Shown piece after piece: positions 48,001-56,554 of a stretch of 64,000 nucleotides of DNA. The DNA is from a virus. Every line of letters begins with the position of its first letter. Position 1 is the stretch's first letter. A program made the position numbers and the translations under genes. Under the pieces are notes generated by a model that did no database searches, was not told the origin of the DNA, and was given only the letters and a program-made list of their open reading frames with translations. The stretch covers positions 32,001 to 96,000 of IMG/VR virus record IMGVR_UViG_3300030099_007635, one strand, 5' to 3'.

Positions 48001-49231
48001 TTCCTACACCCTCTCCTTCAAGAAGATCTTTAATGTTAACCACTAAATTATTAAAAAAGCCTAATATGTTTTTCAGGCTGTCAGTAACCCCTATTTCTCC
48101 TAACGTGTTGGCAAGTTCTTTTAGGTTTACTGTAGCTTCATTAATTGCAGCAGCTAAAGTTTTATTCAAAGCCACATTACGATTATATGCTTCATTAGTG
48201 GCATTGGCCGCAGTCTCTGTAATTCTAAGAGCAATAGAAGTCTTAGAAGTATAATCGTCAAGAATCGCCAAGAATGGCGCAATCTGGAATTTTCCTACTA
48301 AGTTTTCTGCAATTTGAAGCTTCCTTGCTTCTGGCAAATTTTCAATGCTTTTCGCTAGGTTTTGAATTAACTCTGTTCCACTTAAGATTTCTCCAGATAC
48401 ATCAGTTATCTGCACTCCCAAGTTTTGCATCGTCTCAAGTTTGTCGATGCTTTGAAGACGAGTAAAAATAGTTTTAAATGAGTTACCAATAACCGCACCT
48501 CCTCGGGCGGTTTTCTGCTGGACTGCGGTAATAACACCTACAAGCTCATCCAAACTAACTCCAGCTTGGTTCGCAACTGATGCTGAACGCTTAAGTCCTT
48601 CAATGAGGTCTCTTTCGGAAACAGCGGCTTTAACAGAAGCTGCTGAAAGTTTGTTAAGTATCTCTGCACTAGTAACACCAGACTTGCTAAAAGAGTTAAG
48701 TGCCGCAGTCATTCCAGAAACCGCTTCTGTAGCACCTAACCCAGACAAACGACTCAATATCATTGCGTCATTTAATCTGCTAACAACTTGCTCTGTTTTT
48801 AAACCTTGACGGCTTAGTTCTAGAGCAGCATCAGCAACAGTATCAAACGATTGTTCAGTCTCCCTAGCTACTTCGAAAATAGTTTTCTTAAATTTATCCA
48901 ACTGGCCTCCTGAAGCACCAAGAATAGTGTTGATTTGAGCTAAAGATTTTTCCACCTGAATAGTGGTGGTAACTAAGTCTTTAAATCCTTGGGTTACGGC
49001 AGACAAAACCCCCACAGATGCTCCAAATGCCAACACCCTAGCGTTAGCAGCCTCCATGGACTTAGTAAACTGATCAGCCTTACCAGTAATCCTGCCCAGT
49101 GGTTGAGATAAGCCCTCAATACTTCTGGCGCTTGTCCCTAAATTTATCTTAAGATCTCTACCTGCTTTTTTGGCCGCTGCCTGAATGCTGGCTTCTAATC
49201 CTGTTTGAACTGTTGGAACTCTTAATGGCAT
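42050..49231 (-). CDS. Tail tape measure protein (2393 aa)
   Basis: TP901-type N-terminal region (ELSRQG, G..IGNSFKTIFTRL), hydrophobic segments, coiled coil, two PTML.GGEFVM modules. Confidence 0.93.
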   Translation of the reverse strand: MPLRVPTVQTGLEASIQAAAKKAGRDLKINLGTSARSIEGLSQPLGRITGKADQFTKSMEAANARVLAFGASVGVLSAVTQGFKDLVTTTIQVEKSLAQINTILGASGGQLDKFKKTIFEVARETEQSFDTVADAALELSRQGLKTEQVVSRLNDAMILSRLSGLGATEAVSGMTAALNSFSKSGVTSAEILNKLSAASVKAAVSERDLIEGLKRSASVANQAGVSLDELVGVITAVQQKTARGGAVIGNSFKTIFTRLQSIDKLETMQNLGVQITDVSGEILSGTELIQNLAKSIENLPEARKLQIAENLVGKFQIAPFLAILDDYTSKTSIALRITETAANATNEAYNRNVALNKTLAAAINEATVNLKELANTLGEIGVTDSLKNILGFFNNLVVNIKDLLEGEGVGSDFARGIVKGISNVLSGPGLAIFGAIIAKLTIDLVKFGTISLQTFFGLNKTAKDQAAIQGQIASTLLGNKTIQDQILRIENSTLSVEQKRAAQTKFFTTALNEQLAVMTRMQAIAARVAPGVLSGTSRIRGGRGAGGYIPNFNAVRGYGPEIPNFNAVRGYGPEIPNFNAVRGYSQEKMDIAKGVGGAPSSARPVAIPNFNFGGGQKGTMIANTSEVLVPNYAGGGSAIFNQDMIASMGMPSGGRAIRGAQGYIPNFAAVSLNQTIRNMQAAGTLQGARVGTTDSYRIGDKVVYGSQVKKALASGNANPQKRGELVVDASKYGVAAMFSSKKTDTSFANIDTLTAPLAKVLKKRGVTGIRFQGIQVRDLENDFKTGLRKKSPHSPRKNRNLIAQLFANPLAQYGHKLIGSTFSNDEATKLSNAVTKVSKSSGGVNLFPSAVEGGIFEAAIRVVTKGAKAIDEFKNHTTEQTPFDFEETGPASKQFMDTWQFVGSKGRMFRADAKRTATNEAVQTIISKALRGDKQYISTQATKAGFPTLSQLRKQRGGKTAASGYIPNFAISPLDMAIERERGAGLPINQIRINQDAGLRNARNPLGLAVTNTRDEPTGAVPNFAKAPTGAGGDMEGFKGGMSDAVGKLLLFTTVIQMASGMLGGLTGENEKVAASMKILNGAVIAASVAMMMPGGLGGVLGGLGKVLSFGAAKGTAGKVAGFGSRLMGSGMSMFKSTPGRMVPASSLTGPGFKMAGTSARPLMGGMKVLGGALTKGAGVMLRFLGPVGLAATALIAFKKYTDESSGANATVAKNAEDLALATKNTARELNSLKIPPELKEDIKEGASERAKEFVATQKDARSAWWKGIGGAIKGGRDSQIWKDITSSIEMTAQQGVSEEAMQAAIDRLAARGGGKDKLDPKEDIDPFMAEMKALREQVNAQETINRVTTGLSAEDQDKFIELIALEDKAKSAGVAPGSRATSLRFGLEKQLRERALEENVNPDVVIAGAEQRFRSGFGQDRVQKDQKIDQIRSSIAKDRLKTALEISRIESQIASDVELQIAARKANKQTSEEQLFLDEQRLQRDALRKQEQGEQSKLIDAQVDKIKNLVTNKQSLQIIEDNINGLTLEQITSEQNRLSIARSIASIDSDDADIINASLERMTKRGQLITKEFDAKKKVLTISQQQKKIEFEINQELENRKRDRATERSRDEGIEDLGFEARRQALQFALNAVDTQFGASEESKAAQKLGFEKALADLGVEEAEATAIRKFRDEVDELEESGTLTAESIKEINKLVDEGGIEALGKGIAKLRRLLSGEEVDFGEIPTLEKIFDEKTNKQIGVRRVKGVVGENKLDEKDRDLVEKAIVVGEQGVGRAGLAQVEADQEKLLLKRRKDNVGKFKSYLQLLGEFTKSLSSQAEQLKVNLLTTRDLRGEIITQLDTDKSRRLEGTPEGALALAKITGDTRLKEAKDQMFLARTRSESRQIERTLPMLIEEERIRQEIAEAQRNGTLNVEQLEAAERRLLEIEKERADVNETIAAKMEDAFVFSKQEIQNNLTTELVTAAKSFTNKISDGLVDAIAKGKNLGETLRMAAADFFLDMARANMRAAMSNLTSGIGSLFGAANSGGMITGGSGVRDDIPTMLTGGEFVMRRDAVSKYGVDFMSALNRGAIQTMAVGGLFTPGTYGQESIVGKDNLMRFATQSRTTGAQDVIRSGANFASVNLEPQSVRLTQYGIANTVASREEQKSKEDAFGLWKRQDEYERELERRAEEQKKALRRAIVAAVVTAGIGFATKGLGTPKPNPNQTGVLKAIPVDPSELSGAGGASSGGLGNIFTRMGESNNRLFNFWSRSYDAGQRFGQRLSIPGIDKRATGGEVPYAAGVDTVPTMLSGGEFVMNAAATERVGRGNLAALNSGAGGNNRDVVERLDELIDVSENGGESVINITVNSDGSTNQDGNVDEDQQALAVRIRDVVRQVIDEEKRLGGSLRQARA
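47481..47587 (-). repeat. 39-bp in-frame tandem repeat, about 2.8 copies (IPNFNAVRGYGPE)
   Basis: Units at 47481-47519, 47520-47558 and 47559-47587 differ at synonymous positions. Confidence 0.95.
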
Positions 49232-49264
49232 AACCGTAAACCTTTGCTTTATTTACACAAAGAT

Positions 49265-50260
49265 TTACACATCATGCCCCGCTAATCGCATCATTTGTTT
49301 CATATCTAATTTACCTCCATGCTTTTTAGCTTCTTTAGATAGAGAACTAGAGTCCTTATCCCCCCCCAGATATTCAACATCTTCCTTAGTGGCACCAAAC
49401 ACTATTGAAGCATCAGCATCCTCCCTAATACCACTTCTCTTCATCTTTTCATCCTTATTGTGCTGGCTTTCATGATATGCCAGAAGCCGTTCTGGATCTT
49501 GTCTTATATCATCGGGAATATTATCAGTGAACTGAAAAATATTACTAAACATTCTCCCAAAGAGGCCAACTCTTAATTGGTAAATTGTAAGTTCTGTTAT
49601 TGGTTTTCTATAAAAACCAGCAATATCCTCGCATAAAGACAAGTATAAGCTGAAAAACGGCCTCAAAACAGCTTCTTGAATTCTGGCATCAGTCAGCCTC
49701 TCTGAAATATTTGCGTGTAGCGCTGTAAGCCTTGATACCTCCCAAACCTCTAGCCTTCCAAACTCCTCCTCGGTATAAAGATGTTCTGTTAATTCTTTAT
49801 TTTTAAACAATAAAAACCTTAAGATCTCATCTGCACTTCTGTGTGAAGCATAGTCCTCTGCGGTCTTTCCAATAACATCACTTCTTTTGTTTTTAAGTTC
49901 TGAGAGTTCTTTTGATTTTTCTGAAATGCTATTCTTTACCTTTTTTTCTTGAGACGGCAAAAATATATTTCTAAGTGTTTTTTTTAAATTTGATATTTCA
50001 AATTCCAAACCATGTATTCTTGCATCATCATTTTCATCCCAAATCCCCTCACTTAAAACATACTTAATTCTGTCTTCTTCGGTGTCTAAGCCTCTATCTA
50101 GCGCTATCTTCTTGTATTTCTCATAATACTTATGAAGATATCTTTGGTCGCGAATATTTACATGTTTAATGTAAACAGTTTCGCCTTGCCACTCCACTTC
50201 GGTATAGCCATCAAAAGCTTCACCAACTAAGGAGATGTAAAACTCTTCCTTCTGTTTCAA
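49265..50260 (-). CDS. Hypothetical protein, tail assembly chaperone candidate
   Basis: Immediately upstream of the tape measure; TTG start overlaps the previous stop. Confidence 0.55.
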   Translation of the reverse strand: MKQKEEFYISLVGEAFDGYTEVEWQGETVYIKHVNIRDQRYLHKYYEKYKKIALDRGLDTEEDRIKYVLSEGIWDENDDARIHGLEFEISNLKKTLRNIFLPSQEKKVKNSISEKSKELSELKNKRSDVIGKTAEDYASHRSADEILRFLLFKNKELTEHLYTEEEFGRLEVWEVSRLTALHANISERLTDARIQEAVLRPFFSLYLSLCEDIAGFYRKPITELTIYQLRVGLFGRMFSNIFQFTDNIPDDIRQDPERLLAYHESQHNKDEKMKRSGIREDADASIVFGATKEDVEYLGGDKDSSSLSKEAKKHGGKLDMKQMMRLAGHDV

Positions 50261-51012
50261 AGCTCACCTTTTTCCATCTGCTCGATAAGTGAGTTAAACT
50301 CATCAGGAGAGGAGGCTTGGTTGAAGAACCAGAAAGCCAAAATATGGGTGACCTTTTTAATTACATCTCCGTAAAAATCAGAAGCCTCATCTTCCTTGAG
50401 ATAATAGTCTTCAATTTTTTCTTCAAAATCTTCTCCTTTGAAATAAGGAATTGGTTTTTCGTCGTCTTCACCCTGAATATAAGTCAACATTAAAGAATAC
50501 CATAGTAGCAGACGATTTTGAGCTTTAATATCAGCAGTGTGGTCAAAAAGAGACTGCATAGTGCTTTCAGCCTCAACAATATCCCTCTTAGTCTTTGCAA
50601 GTTTGTCTTTAAGTTCATCTAGACGCTTCTTTTGTTTTTCTGTTTTCTTATCAACAACCTCAAGTCTAGCATATTCATTTTGAATATCAAAAATCTCTCT
50701 GTATAGCTTTCCATAGTCTTTTGCATCTTCTTCACTCCAGACCCCACCCGTATCGCTATACTTTTTGTAAAGCATGGCCTTTGTTAAAATACCTTTTTTG
50801 ACACAACGACTCATTTCAACAGAGTATTCAAGTTCTGCATCCTCTAATTCACGACGAGACGGCCTCTTAAGCCTAATCTGAACTGGAACTTTCTCCTTTA
50901 CCTTTTTGGTAACGGTTGTCTCCTCACCTGTCTTTTTGTTTTTTCGAGTATGAGTCTTCTCGATCTCCTTCTCTTCGTCAACAGTAAATGTGTATAATTC
51001 TTTAAAATCCAT
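50257..51012 (-). CDS. Hypothetical coiled-coil protein, tail assembly chaperone candidate
   Basis: Position; shares a G.W...D / coiled coil / TA(D/E)..A pattern with 49265..50260. Confidence 0.55.
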   Translation of the reverse strand: MDFKELYTFTVDEEKEIEKTHTRKNKKTGEETTVTKKVKEKVPVQIRLKRPSRRELEDAELEYSVEMSRCVKKGILTKAMLYKKYSDTGGVWSEEDAKDYGKLYREIFDIQNEYARLEVVDKKTEKQKKRLDELKDKLAKTKRDIVEAESTMQSLFDHTADIKAQNRLLLWYSLMLTYIQGEDDEKPIPYFKGEDFEEKIEDYYLKEDEASDFYGDVIKKVTHILAFWFFNQASSPDEFNSLIEQMEKGEL

Positions 51013-51023
51013 AACCTTATTCC

Positions 51024-51311
51024 TTATTTAAATACAAAGCTTACTCTGTAATTATCAATGCTTGAGTGAAAATTTCTAATTGATTCGTTTCCAACGTCTA
51101 AAATTCTTTTCCTGATCCAATTTACCTTGTCGGGGGTAAAGTGATTGGCGGTGTCAATTATGCCATGATATTCATTTGGAATGTGTTTGTAGAGCTTCTC
51201 ATAGTGAAAATCATGATCTTTTTTCATGTCTTCTACCATCATCAGCATCATTTTAAACAGGCTAGAAATGCACTGGTCTGAATCCTCATTTAATTTTTTT
51301 TTAGCGTCCAT
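51024..51311 (-). CDS. Hypothetical protein
   Basis: 95-aa ORF; TTGATT-16-TATAAT upstream. Confidence 0.7.
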   Translation of the reverse strand: MDAKKKLNEDSDQCISSLFKMMLMMVEDMKKDHDFHYEKLYKHIPNEYHGIIDTANHFTPDKVNWIRKRILDVGNESIRNFHSSIDNYRVSFVFK

Positions 51312-51356
51312 GCCTTAATCCTATCTTATTATATAATTAAAAGTGTAAAAATCAAT

Positions 51357-51827
51357 ATGGCTGGGTTTTTATCACAAGATCAAATTAATAAAGTCAGAAA
51401 CCTTATGGGTAATCTGCACACCACATTTGCTAGAACAATTACAGTTTACAAAAATGCAAAGAAAACTCTAATAGCATCTAATAATTCGTGGAATTCATTA
51501 TATCGCAGGACAAACACAGGCTCCAATGACTCAGTAGAGTATACTACAGTTTCTTCCACTTTTGAGGCTAGAATATATTATGATAACATGGACACCTCAT
51601 ATTTTACGGACGATGGACCCACTGAACAAGCTGGCACACAAAATAAAGTGGTTGTTCCAGACGGAACCGTGCGAATTGTAGTCGAAGAGGCTGGTTATGA
51701 CTACTTAAGTGAAGCTAGAAGGGTCGAGTTTGATGGCACTAAATTTATTATTGAAAGCGATGGAAAACCTCGGGGCTTTACCGCCAAACAGTTTTATACT
51801 TTTGTTCTTACTCCTGTAGATTCATAA
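51357..51827 (+). CDS. Putative head-closure/neck protein
   Basis: Beta-rich; first gene of the plus-strand virion operon; GTGTAA upstream. Confidence 0.5.
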   Translation: MAGFLSQDQINKVRNLMGNLHTTFARTITVYKNAKKTLIASNNSWNSLYRRTNTGSNDSVEYTTVSSTFEARIYYDNMDTSYFTDDGPTEQAGTQNKVVVPDGTVRIVVEEAGYDYLSEARRVEFDGTKFIIESDGKPRGFTAKQFYTFVLTPVDS

Positions 51828-52405
51828 TGGCTATTCCTTTAGACGTAAAGCTCGACCTCCAACAGCAAGTTCCCCGACAAATGAGAAGGGATTTGCAGAG
51901 GGTTGCTACAGAAAACTTCAAAAAAGTAAAGAGGGAAATGATTGAGGAGTTTCTTGCTAATCCGATTACTCAAGAAATTTTAGCAGGACCAGAAGGATCT
52001 AATATAAGCGGAACCTTGGGAAGTGTTGGTAATCTTTTTGCATTTATTGGTTTTGAAAGGGGGGAACAGCCCATTAGCCCTATTTTAACACTTCTTGAGG
52101 GAGTAACGCTTGAATACAGAAAACCCACAAAAAATCTAGGAATGGGCATTATTTTTGAAGTGACACTTCCAACCGCCGAAGATATTTTTGCAGTTACGCC
52201 CTTGCCTTGGGCTAGTGGAAGAAGTTGGGCAGAAGGAATTGAAAGAGGTTTGTCTGGTTTAGGTTATTTACTAAGAAAAAACAAGGGTAGATCGGGCGCT
52301 GCAATCCAAAGTCGTGTAAAGGTTAGGGGAGGCCGATTCCATAACACTCCGTATATTTCTGCGTTTATACGCAAATATAAAAAAAGATTTGAAGATTTAC
52401 AATGA
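51827..52405 (+). CDS. Putative neck/tail-completion protein
   Basis: Position; SWAEGIERG; basic C-terminus. Confidence 0.45.
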   Translation: MAIPLDVKLDLQQQVPRQMRRDLQRVATENFKKVKREMIEEFLANPITQEILAGPEGSNISGTLGSVGNLFAFIGFERGEQPISPILTLLEGVTLEYRKPTKNLGMGIIFEVTLPTAEDIFAVTPLPWASGRSWAEGIERGLSGLGYLLRKNKGRSGAAIQSRVKVRGGRFHNTPYISAFIRKYKKRFEDLQ

Positions 52406-53250
52406 TTGAACAATTCCAGCACAAACTAACCACTTCATTTTTTCTGTGGTTTGATAATTTCCTACTGGAAAAAGGGGAGGCTTATACAAACACAACTGGG
52501 GAATTCTTCTATTACGAAGACCCCCGCCTTGATTCAACCTATAAAGCCTATGGAAGCCCTTATAAGCAGTGGGTAACCGATTCTGCTATCACGGGCGCGA
52601 CCATACCTAACGGTGTTTTTATTAATAATGGTTTTTCAGGAAGAAGTGATGGGGTTGTGCTAGATTTTGATAACGGCAGAGCTTTGATTTCAGGATCAGC
52701 TACAGATTCAACGGTAACTGGGGAATTTGCTGTTAAAGACTTTAGTGTATATCTCACAAACGACACAGAAGACGATCTAATCGTAGAAAACAAATATGTT
52801 GTTAATTCCAGAGTCCCCTCTGGCCCACTTACATATATTGCTCCTTACGACGATGTTGTTCCTGCTATTTTCCTCTCTATATCTGATACAGAAAACAAGC
52901 CCCTTGCTTTTGGCGGCTTGGAGGACACCGTTGTTCACGCTAAAGCAGTTGTAATGGCAGAAGATACTTATCAACTAGATGGGGTTTTGTCTATTTTCAT
53001 GGACTCTGTAAACGAAGTAATGACTGCCATACCTATGAGCGGATACCCAATCACTGAGCTTGGAGACCTTAAAAATGACACATATTCATACACTGGAACT
53101 AAAGAGGGCTACGAGAGCGATACTAAATTTTTTATAGACAAAGTAAAAACTTCAAAATTAAGCGATAGAACCAAAAGTGTCTTAGCTAATGAATTATATA
53201 TAGGATTTATTGATTTTGACATACAGCAGCACAGATATCGCTTCTCTTAA
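52402..53250 (+). CDS. Putative tail terminator/neck protein
   Basis: Directly before the tube gene; VPAIFLS..PLAFGG. Confidence 0.45.
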   Translation: MIEQFQHKLTTSFFLWFDNFLLEKGEAYTNTTGEFFYYEDPRLDSTYKAYGSPYKQWVTDSAITGATIPNGVFINNGFSGRSDGVVLDFDNGRALISGSATDSTVTGEFAVKDFSVYLTNDTEDDLIVENKYVVNSRVPSGPLTYIAPYDDVVPAIFLSISDTENKPLAFGGLEDTVVHAKAVVMAEDTYQLDGVLSIFMDSVNEVMTAIPMSGYPITELGDLKNDTYSYTGTKEGYESDTKFFIDKVKTSKLSDRTKSVLANELYIGFIDFDIQQHRYRFS

Positions 53251-53298
53251 TTTCATATTTTCTAATTAAAAATGTAAACAACAGAAAGAATCTTTATC

Positions 53299-54453
53299 AT
53301 GGCCAATAGAAACAGAGTAATTTACCAATCAGAAGGACTATACGTTAGCAAAGATGCGTCTTTAACCGCACTTGCTGACAACGAACAACTCGGAAGGGTT
53401 CAAAGTGCTAACTATAGTTATACCATTAACAGACAGGATGTTAACCAGTATGGAGAGCTTGCAAGGCTTGACTCTATTGTATTAGATCCTCCCACTGTTA
53501 ATGTTGATTTTAGCTATCTCATTACGGATGGTTTTAACGAAAGGGCATTAGGTTTTTTCGTTCAAAACTCTGGAACGAGTCAGAGAGGGGCAACCGCAGG
53601 AGCAAATACTCTAGGTAACTTCGCTTCGGGCCACATGGTTGCTACCTCGGGTGCTAACATTTACATTGTAACTTCTGAGGATGGAACTGACCTTAATGGA
53701 AGCACCTTGGGGACTGACGATACTGTTATCGGCATTGGTAACTGCTACATTTCCGATTATTCAATTGACCTTTCTGTAGGATCACTTCCCACAGCTTCGG
53801 TAACCATGGAGGGAGCGAATATGCGCTCAGACACTAGCGGTGCAAACTTTAGAACGCCCGCAATTAACCAAGAGAACGGAGACGCAGATCCTTCAAATAG
53901 CGCTCCCAAGATGGTTGTTCTTCCTGCTCCATCACAAAGCCCAGGAGGAACATCTTCAGATCCAGACCGCACTCCCATTGCCTTACGCCCAGGAGACATC
54001 ACACTCCACTTTGCTAATGTTGATGGAGAAACGATTGCTGAGCTTTCAGGAGATGGACCAGCACACGTTCAAAGTGTTTCTATCTCTCTTCCGCTTTCAA
54101 GAACGCCACTTCAGCGCTTGGGTAGTAAATTCCCATTTTCTCGTTCTGTTGATTTCCCTGTAAACGTTAGCCTTTCCGCTAGCGCCATCATGAACCAAAC
54201 ACAGGCAAGTAGTCTTGCAAGTGTCTTAGATTCTGGTAATCAAACGGTTGGCGTTAGCATTAAAGATCCAGACGGATATAATGCTGTGAGATACGAGCTT
54301 AAAGAAGCTAAGCTTGACAGCGAATCCTTCTCTTCAAGTATCGGAGCAAACAAGACTGTTGACCTTACATTCTCTGCACAAGTTGGCGGTCCTAGTGACA
54401 ACACTGCTGGATTATTCATGAGCGGATCTAATGCACAAACAATCTTTGCTTAA
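53299..54453 (+). CDS. Putative major tail tube protein (internally duplicated)
   Basis: S/T/G-rich beta protein; repeat VQSANYSYTINR..YG versus VQSVSISLPLSR..LG. Confidence 0.7.
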   Translation: MANRNRVIYQSEGLYVSKDASLTALADNEQLGRVQSANYSYTINRQDVNQYGELARLDSIVLDPPTVNVDFSYLITDGFNERALGFFVQNSGTSQRGATAGANTLGNFASGHMVATSGANIYIVTSEDGTDLNGSTLGTDDTVIGIGNCYISDYSIDLSVGSLPTASVTMEGANMRSDTSGANFRTPAINQENGDADPSNSAPKMVVLPAPSQSPGGTSSDPDRTPIALRPGDITLHFANVDGETIAELSGDGPAHVQSVSISLPLSRTPLQRLGSKFPFSRSVDFPVNVSLSASAIMNQTQASSLASVLDSGNQTVGVSIKDPDGYNAVRYELKEAKLDSESFSSSIGANKTVDLTFSAQVGGPSDNTAGLFMSGSNAQTIFA

Positions 54454-54471
54454 GATTAACCTTTTATAAAT

Positions 54472-54609
54472 ATGGCTTCAGATAAACCAACTGATAAGAA
54501 GTGGACCCCTCCTAAAAAGGAGACTCCCAAACAGGAAACTAAAGTTCCTAAGGGAGAGTCGATTGATGCTAAACGCGCCCGCGAAAGAGGATACAAAGAT
54601 ACAAAATAA
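54472..54609 (+). CDS. Small basic protein (45 aa)
   Basis: Below the ORF-track cutoff: MASDKPTDKKWTPPKKETPKQETKVPKGESIDAKRARERGYKDTK; fills the gap between the tube gene and 54612. Confidence 0.65.
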   Translation: MASDKPTDKKWTPPKKETPKQETKVPKGESIDAKRARERGYKDTK

Positions 54610-54611
54610 TC

Positions 54612-54863
54612 ATGAGTGAACCTAAGAAGAAGGTAGCTAAGAAAAAGGCTGCTCCACAAAAGAAGGAAGTCTCCCCAAAGGAAGTCGCTAAGAAAGAGGT
54701 TCCCAAGAAAGAGGTTCCCAAGAAAGAGGAAGAGGTTCACACAAGCTTCGCTTCATTAAAGAAATCTTACTTTAAGAAGCTAAGGGCTAACCCCTCTGAT
54801 GCGATGTCTTTAAAGGCTCAATACATCAAGGATCGTAACGATCTTAGAGGTAAGCTTAAGTAA
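54612..54863 (+). CDS. Lys-rich histone-H1-like small protein with KKEV(P/A) repeats
   Basis: KKKVAKKKAAPQKKEVSPKEVAKKEVPKKEVPKKE; 15-bp repeat unit. Confidence 0.7.
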   Translation: MSEPKKKVAKKKAAPQKKEVSPKEVAKKEVPKKEVPKKEEEVHTSFASLKKSYFKKLRANPSDAMSLKAQYIKDRNDLRGKLK

Positions 54864-54865
54864 CC

Positions 54866-55351
54866 TTAGCGGTAAACTAATCCCAATCCACTACCGTCTA
54901 TACCTCCCAGTTGTCTGGGCTGAGCTTGATAGATATTATACTGGGCGGCTAATCGAGTCACTTTCTCCATACAGTCGCTTGCAAGTCCTCTATAGACTTT
55001 CGATACCTCATTGCGATTAATGAACGTTACAGAGCTTTCTCCGTCCCTTAGCGACAAAACGTTATCTCCACTCACATTTGAACTTACGATGCCTCTAAGG
55101 GCGTTTCTAGCCTCTTTATTGTAGTAATTACAGAGGTATAGTTCTTTTAGCACACTCTGTGCCTCGACATCCATTTCTCCATAAAGTCCAGTAGCATCTT
55201 CTCCATTAAAATCAGTATATAAATAAGTGTTAACTTGGCCAAGATTCTCATACAACCAACCACTTACACTAGATACGGTGGCTATTCCTGTGTCACCATC
55301 GAATTCGGTAACTACAATCCCTGAGGCAAGGTCTTCTAATACGTTGGGCAT
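54866..55351 (-). CDS. Putative head-tail connector
   Basis: Helical protein with a SLRDGESSVTF hairpin; GTGTAA upstream; in the virion region. Confidence 0.5.
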   Translation of the reverse strand: MPNVLEDLASGIVVTEFDGDTGIATVSSVSGWLYENLGQVNTYLYTDFNGEDATGLYGEMDVEAQSVLKELYLCNYYNKEARNALRGIVSSNVSGDNVLSLRDGESSVTFINRNEVSKVYRGLASDCMEKVTRLAAQYNIYQAQPRQLGGIDGSGLGLVYR

Positions 55352-55381
55352 GTAATATATTACACTTTGTTTATAATTTAA

Positions 55382-56044
55382 TCATAAAGATTTCACCTCA
55401 ATAACTAGCGCACTTTTGGGGGCGTTACTGGTGGAAAGAGTAAACCAATGATAACTGTCTACCTTAGGGTTTTCATCAAGCAGTCTTTCTATTAGAATCT
55501 TGCTATAACAATTATGATGAACCTCTCCGCTGGTATTGGGATTGTCTAAAGAAATCTTATGCTGATCACTTAAGTTTTGTGTGGGGCTAATAAAGAAGCT
55601 TAAGACTACCTTTCCCTTCGATACCCTAATCATCTCCTTCAACGGTAATTCGATATTGCTCATGTGCTCCACAACATGACGGCTATGCACTAAATCAAAA
55701 GAGTTATCGTCAAAGGGTATCTCGTTCAGAGACCCCTGAACACAGTTGATATCCCTAGACTTATTAAACTCTACAATTTTGGGAGTTATGTCCATCCCAG
55801 TATATTTTAAACCCTTTTTATCTTGTAGTCCATAATACTCTGGACAACCTCCACACCCAGCATCTAAAATGCTCTCAAAGTCTCCAAAAAAATTTCTTAC
55901 CTCTACCCTATCTCTTTCCATAGGATCACCCATCCAATCCTTAAAACTCTCTAGAGTTGGGGCTTCATGTGTTACCCCTGCGTGAGTATAATTACCGCCC
56001 CCAAGGTTGGTCTCCCACCACTTCTCGTAACTTTTAAGATCCAT
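55382..56044 (-). CDS. Class I SAM-dependent methyltransferase
   Basis: ILDAGCG, YTGMD, IPFDDNSFDLV, HVVEH, LKEMIRV. Confidence 0.9.
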   Translation of the reverse strand: MDLKSYEKWWETNLGGGNYTHAGVTHEAPTLESFKDWMGDPMERDRVEVRNFFGDFESILDAGCGGCPEYYGLQDKKGLKYTGMDITPKIVEFNKSRDINCVQGSLNEIPFDDNSFDLVHSRHVVEHMSNIELPLKEMIRVSKGKVVLSFFISPTQNLSDQHKISLDNPNTSGEVHHNCYSKILIERLLDENPKVDSYHWFTLSTSNAPKSALVIEVKSL

Positions 56045-56486
56045 TTAACCAGTCTCTTAGTTCTTTTTGTTTTGGGTCATTTGGGTCTAGTTCTAATGCT
56101 GGCTCAGGAAGAGGCGCAGTAAAAATATTTCCCCTACTTTGCAATCTACGAAATTCTTTAATAATATTTGCTGTGACAATCTCCTTATTATAAAAGGGAT
56201 TAATACCTACCTTTTTAGCAAATTGCTGTAAATCAGCCTTACCCATTTTTGCAAGGCGTTCTTTTAAAATGGTAATATCATTAGTTCCAAAAGAATTAGT
56301 TTCTCCCGTTCCAAAAAGAACCTCAACCTCCTCCAAGACTTTCCTGTAGTGGGCAGTGCTTGTTTCGCCCTTGTCCTGTAGCTCTCTTAACTCCTCAAGT
56401 AAGCCTTTTTTTGCAGGTTGCTCTTGCCCCGTGGTCACCTCATTAAAAGGCTGTTTCTTTTTTGGTGTTTTCTTTTTAGCGGCCAT
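56034..56486 (-). CDS. Hypothetical protein with a Rho-N/HeH-like motif
   Basis: LAKMGKADLQQFAKKVGI; GTGTAT upstream. Confidence 0.6.
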   Translation of the reverse strand: MAAKKKTPKKKQPFNEVTTGQEQPAKKGLLEELRELQDKGETSTAHYRKVLEEVEVLFGTGETNSFGTNDITILKERLAKMGKADLQQFAKKVGINPFYNKEIVTANIIKEFRRLQSRGNIFTAPLPEPALELDPNDPKQKELRDWLNGS

Positions 56487-56518
56487 ACAATATTATATAC
56501 ACTTGACTAATAAATTAC

Positions 56519-56554
56519 AAAAAAAAAGCCGCCCCCCGCAGGAGACGGCTTTTT
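56519..56554 (-). terminator. Rho-independent terminator after the major capsid gene
   Basis: AAAAGCCG..CGGCTTTT stem with a T9 tail on the minus strand. Confidence 0.88.

Noticed and set aside
42159-48809. Many plus-strand ORFs opposite the tape measure (up to 233 aa), and similar shadow ORFs across the window
   Set aside because: Antisense to well-supported genes, no motifs or expression signals; expected from codon bias
50245-50275. Lambda G/GT-style programmed frameshift between the two genes upstream of the tape measure
   Set aside because: The downstream frame has a TGA two codons before its TTG start and there is no slippery heptamer there; ordinary stop/start overlap explains it
54456-54740. 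Hydrophobic 94-aa minus-strand ORF as a holin
   Set aside because: Its Leu/Phe richness is the reverse complement of the Lys/Glu-rich plus-strand genes; no lysis genes nearby
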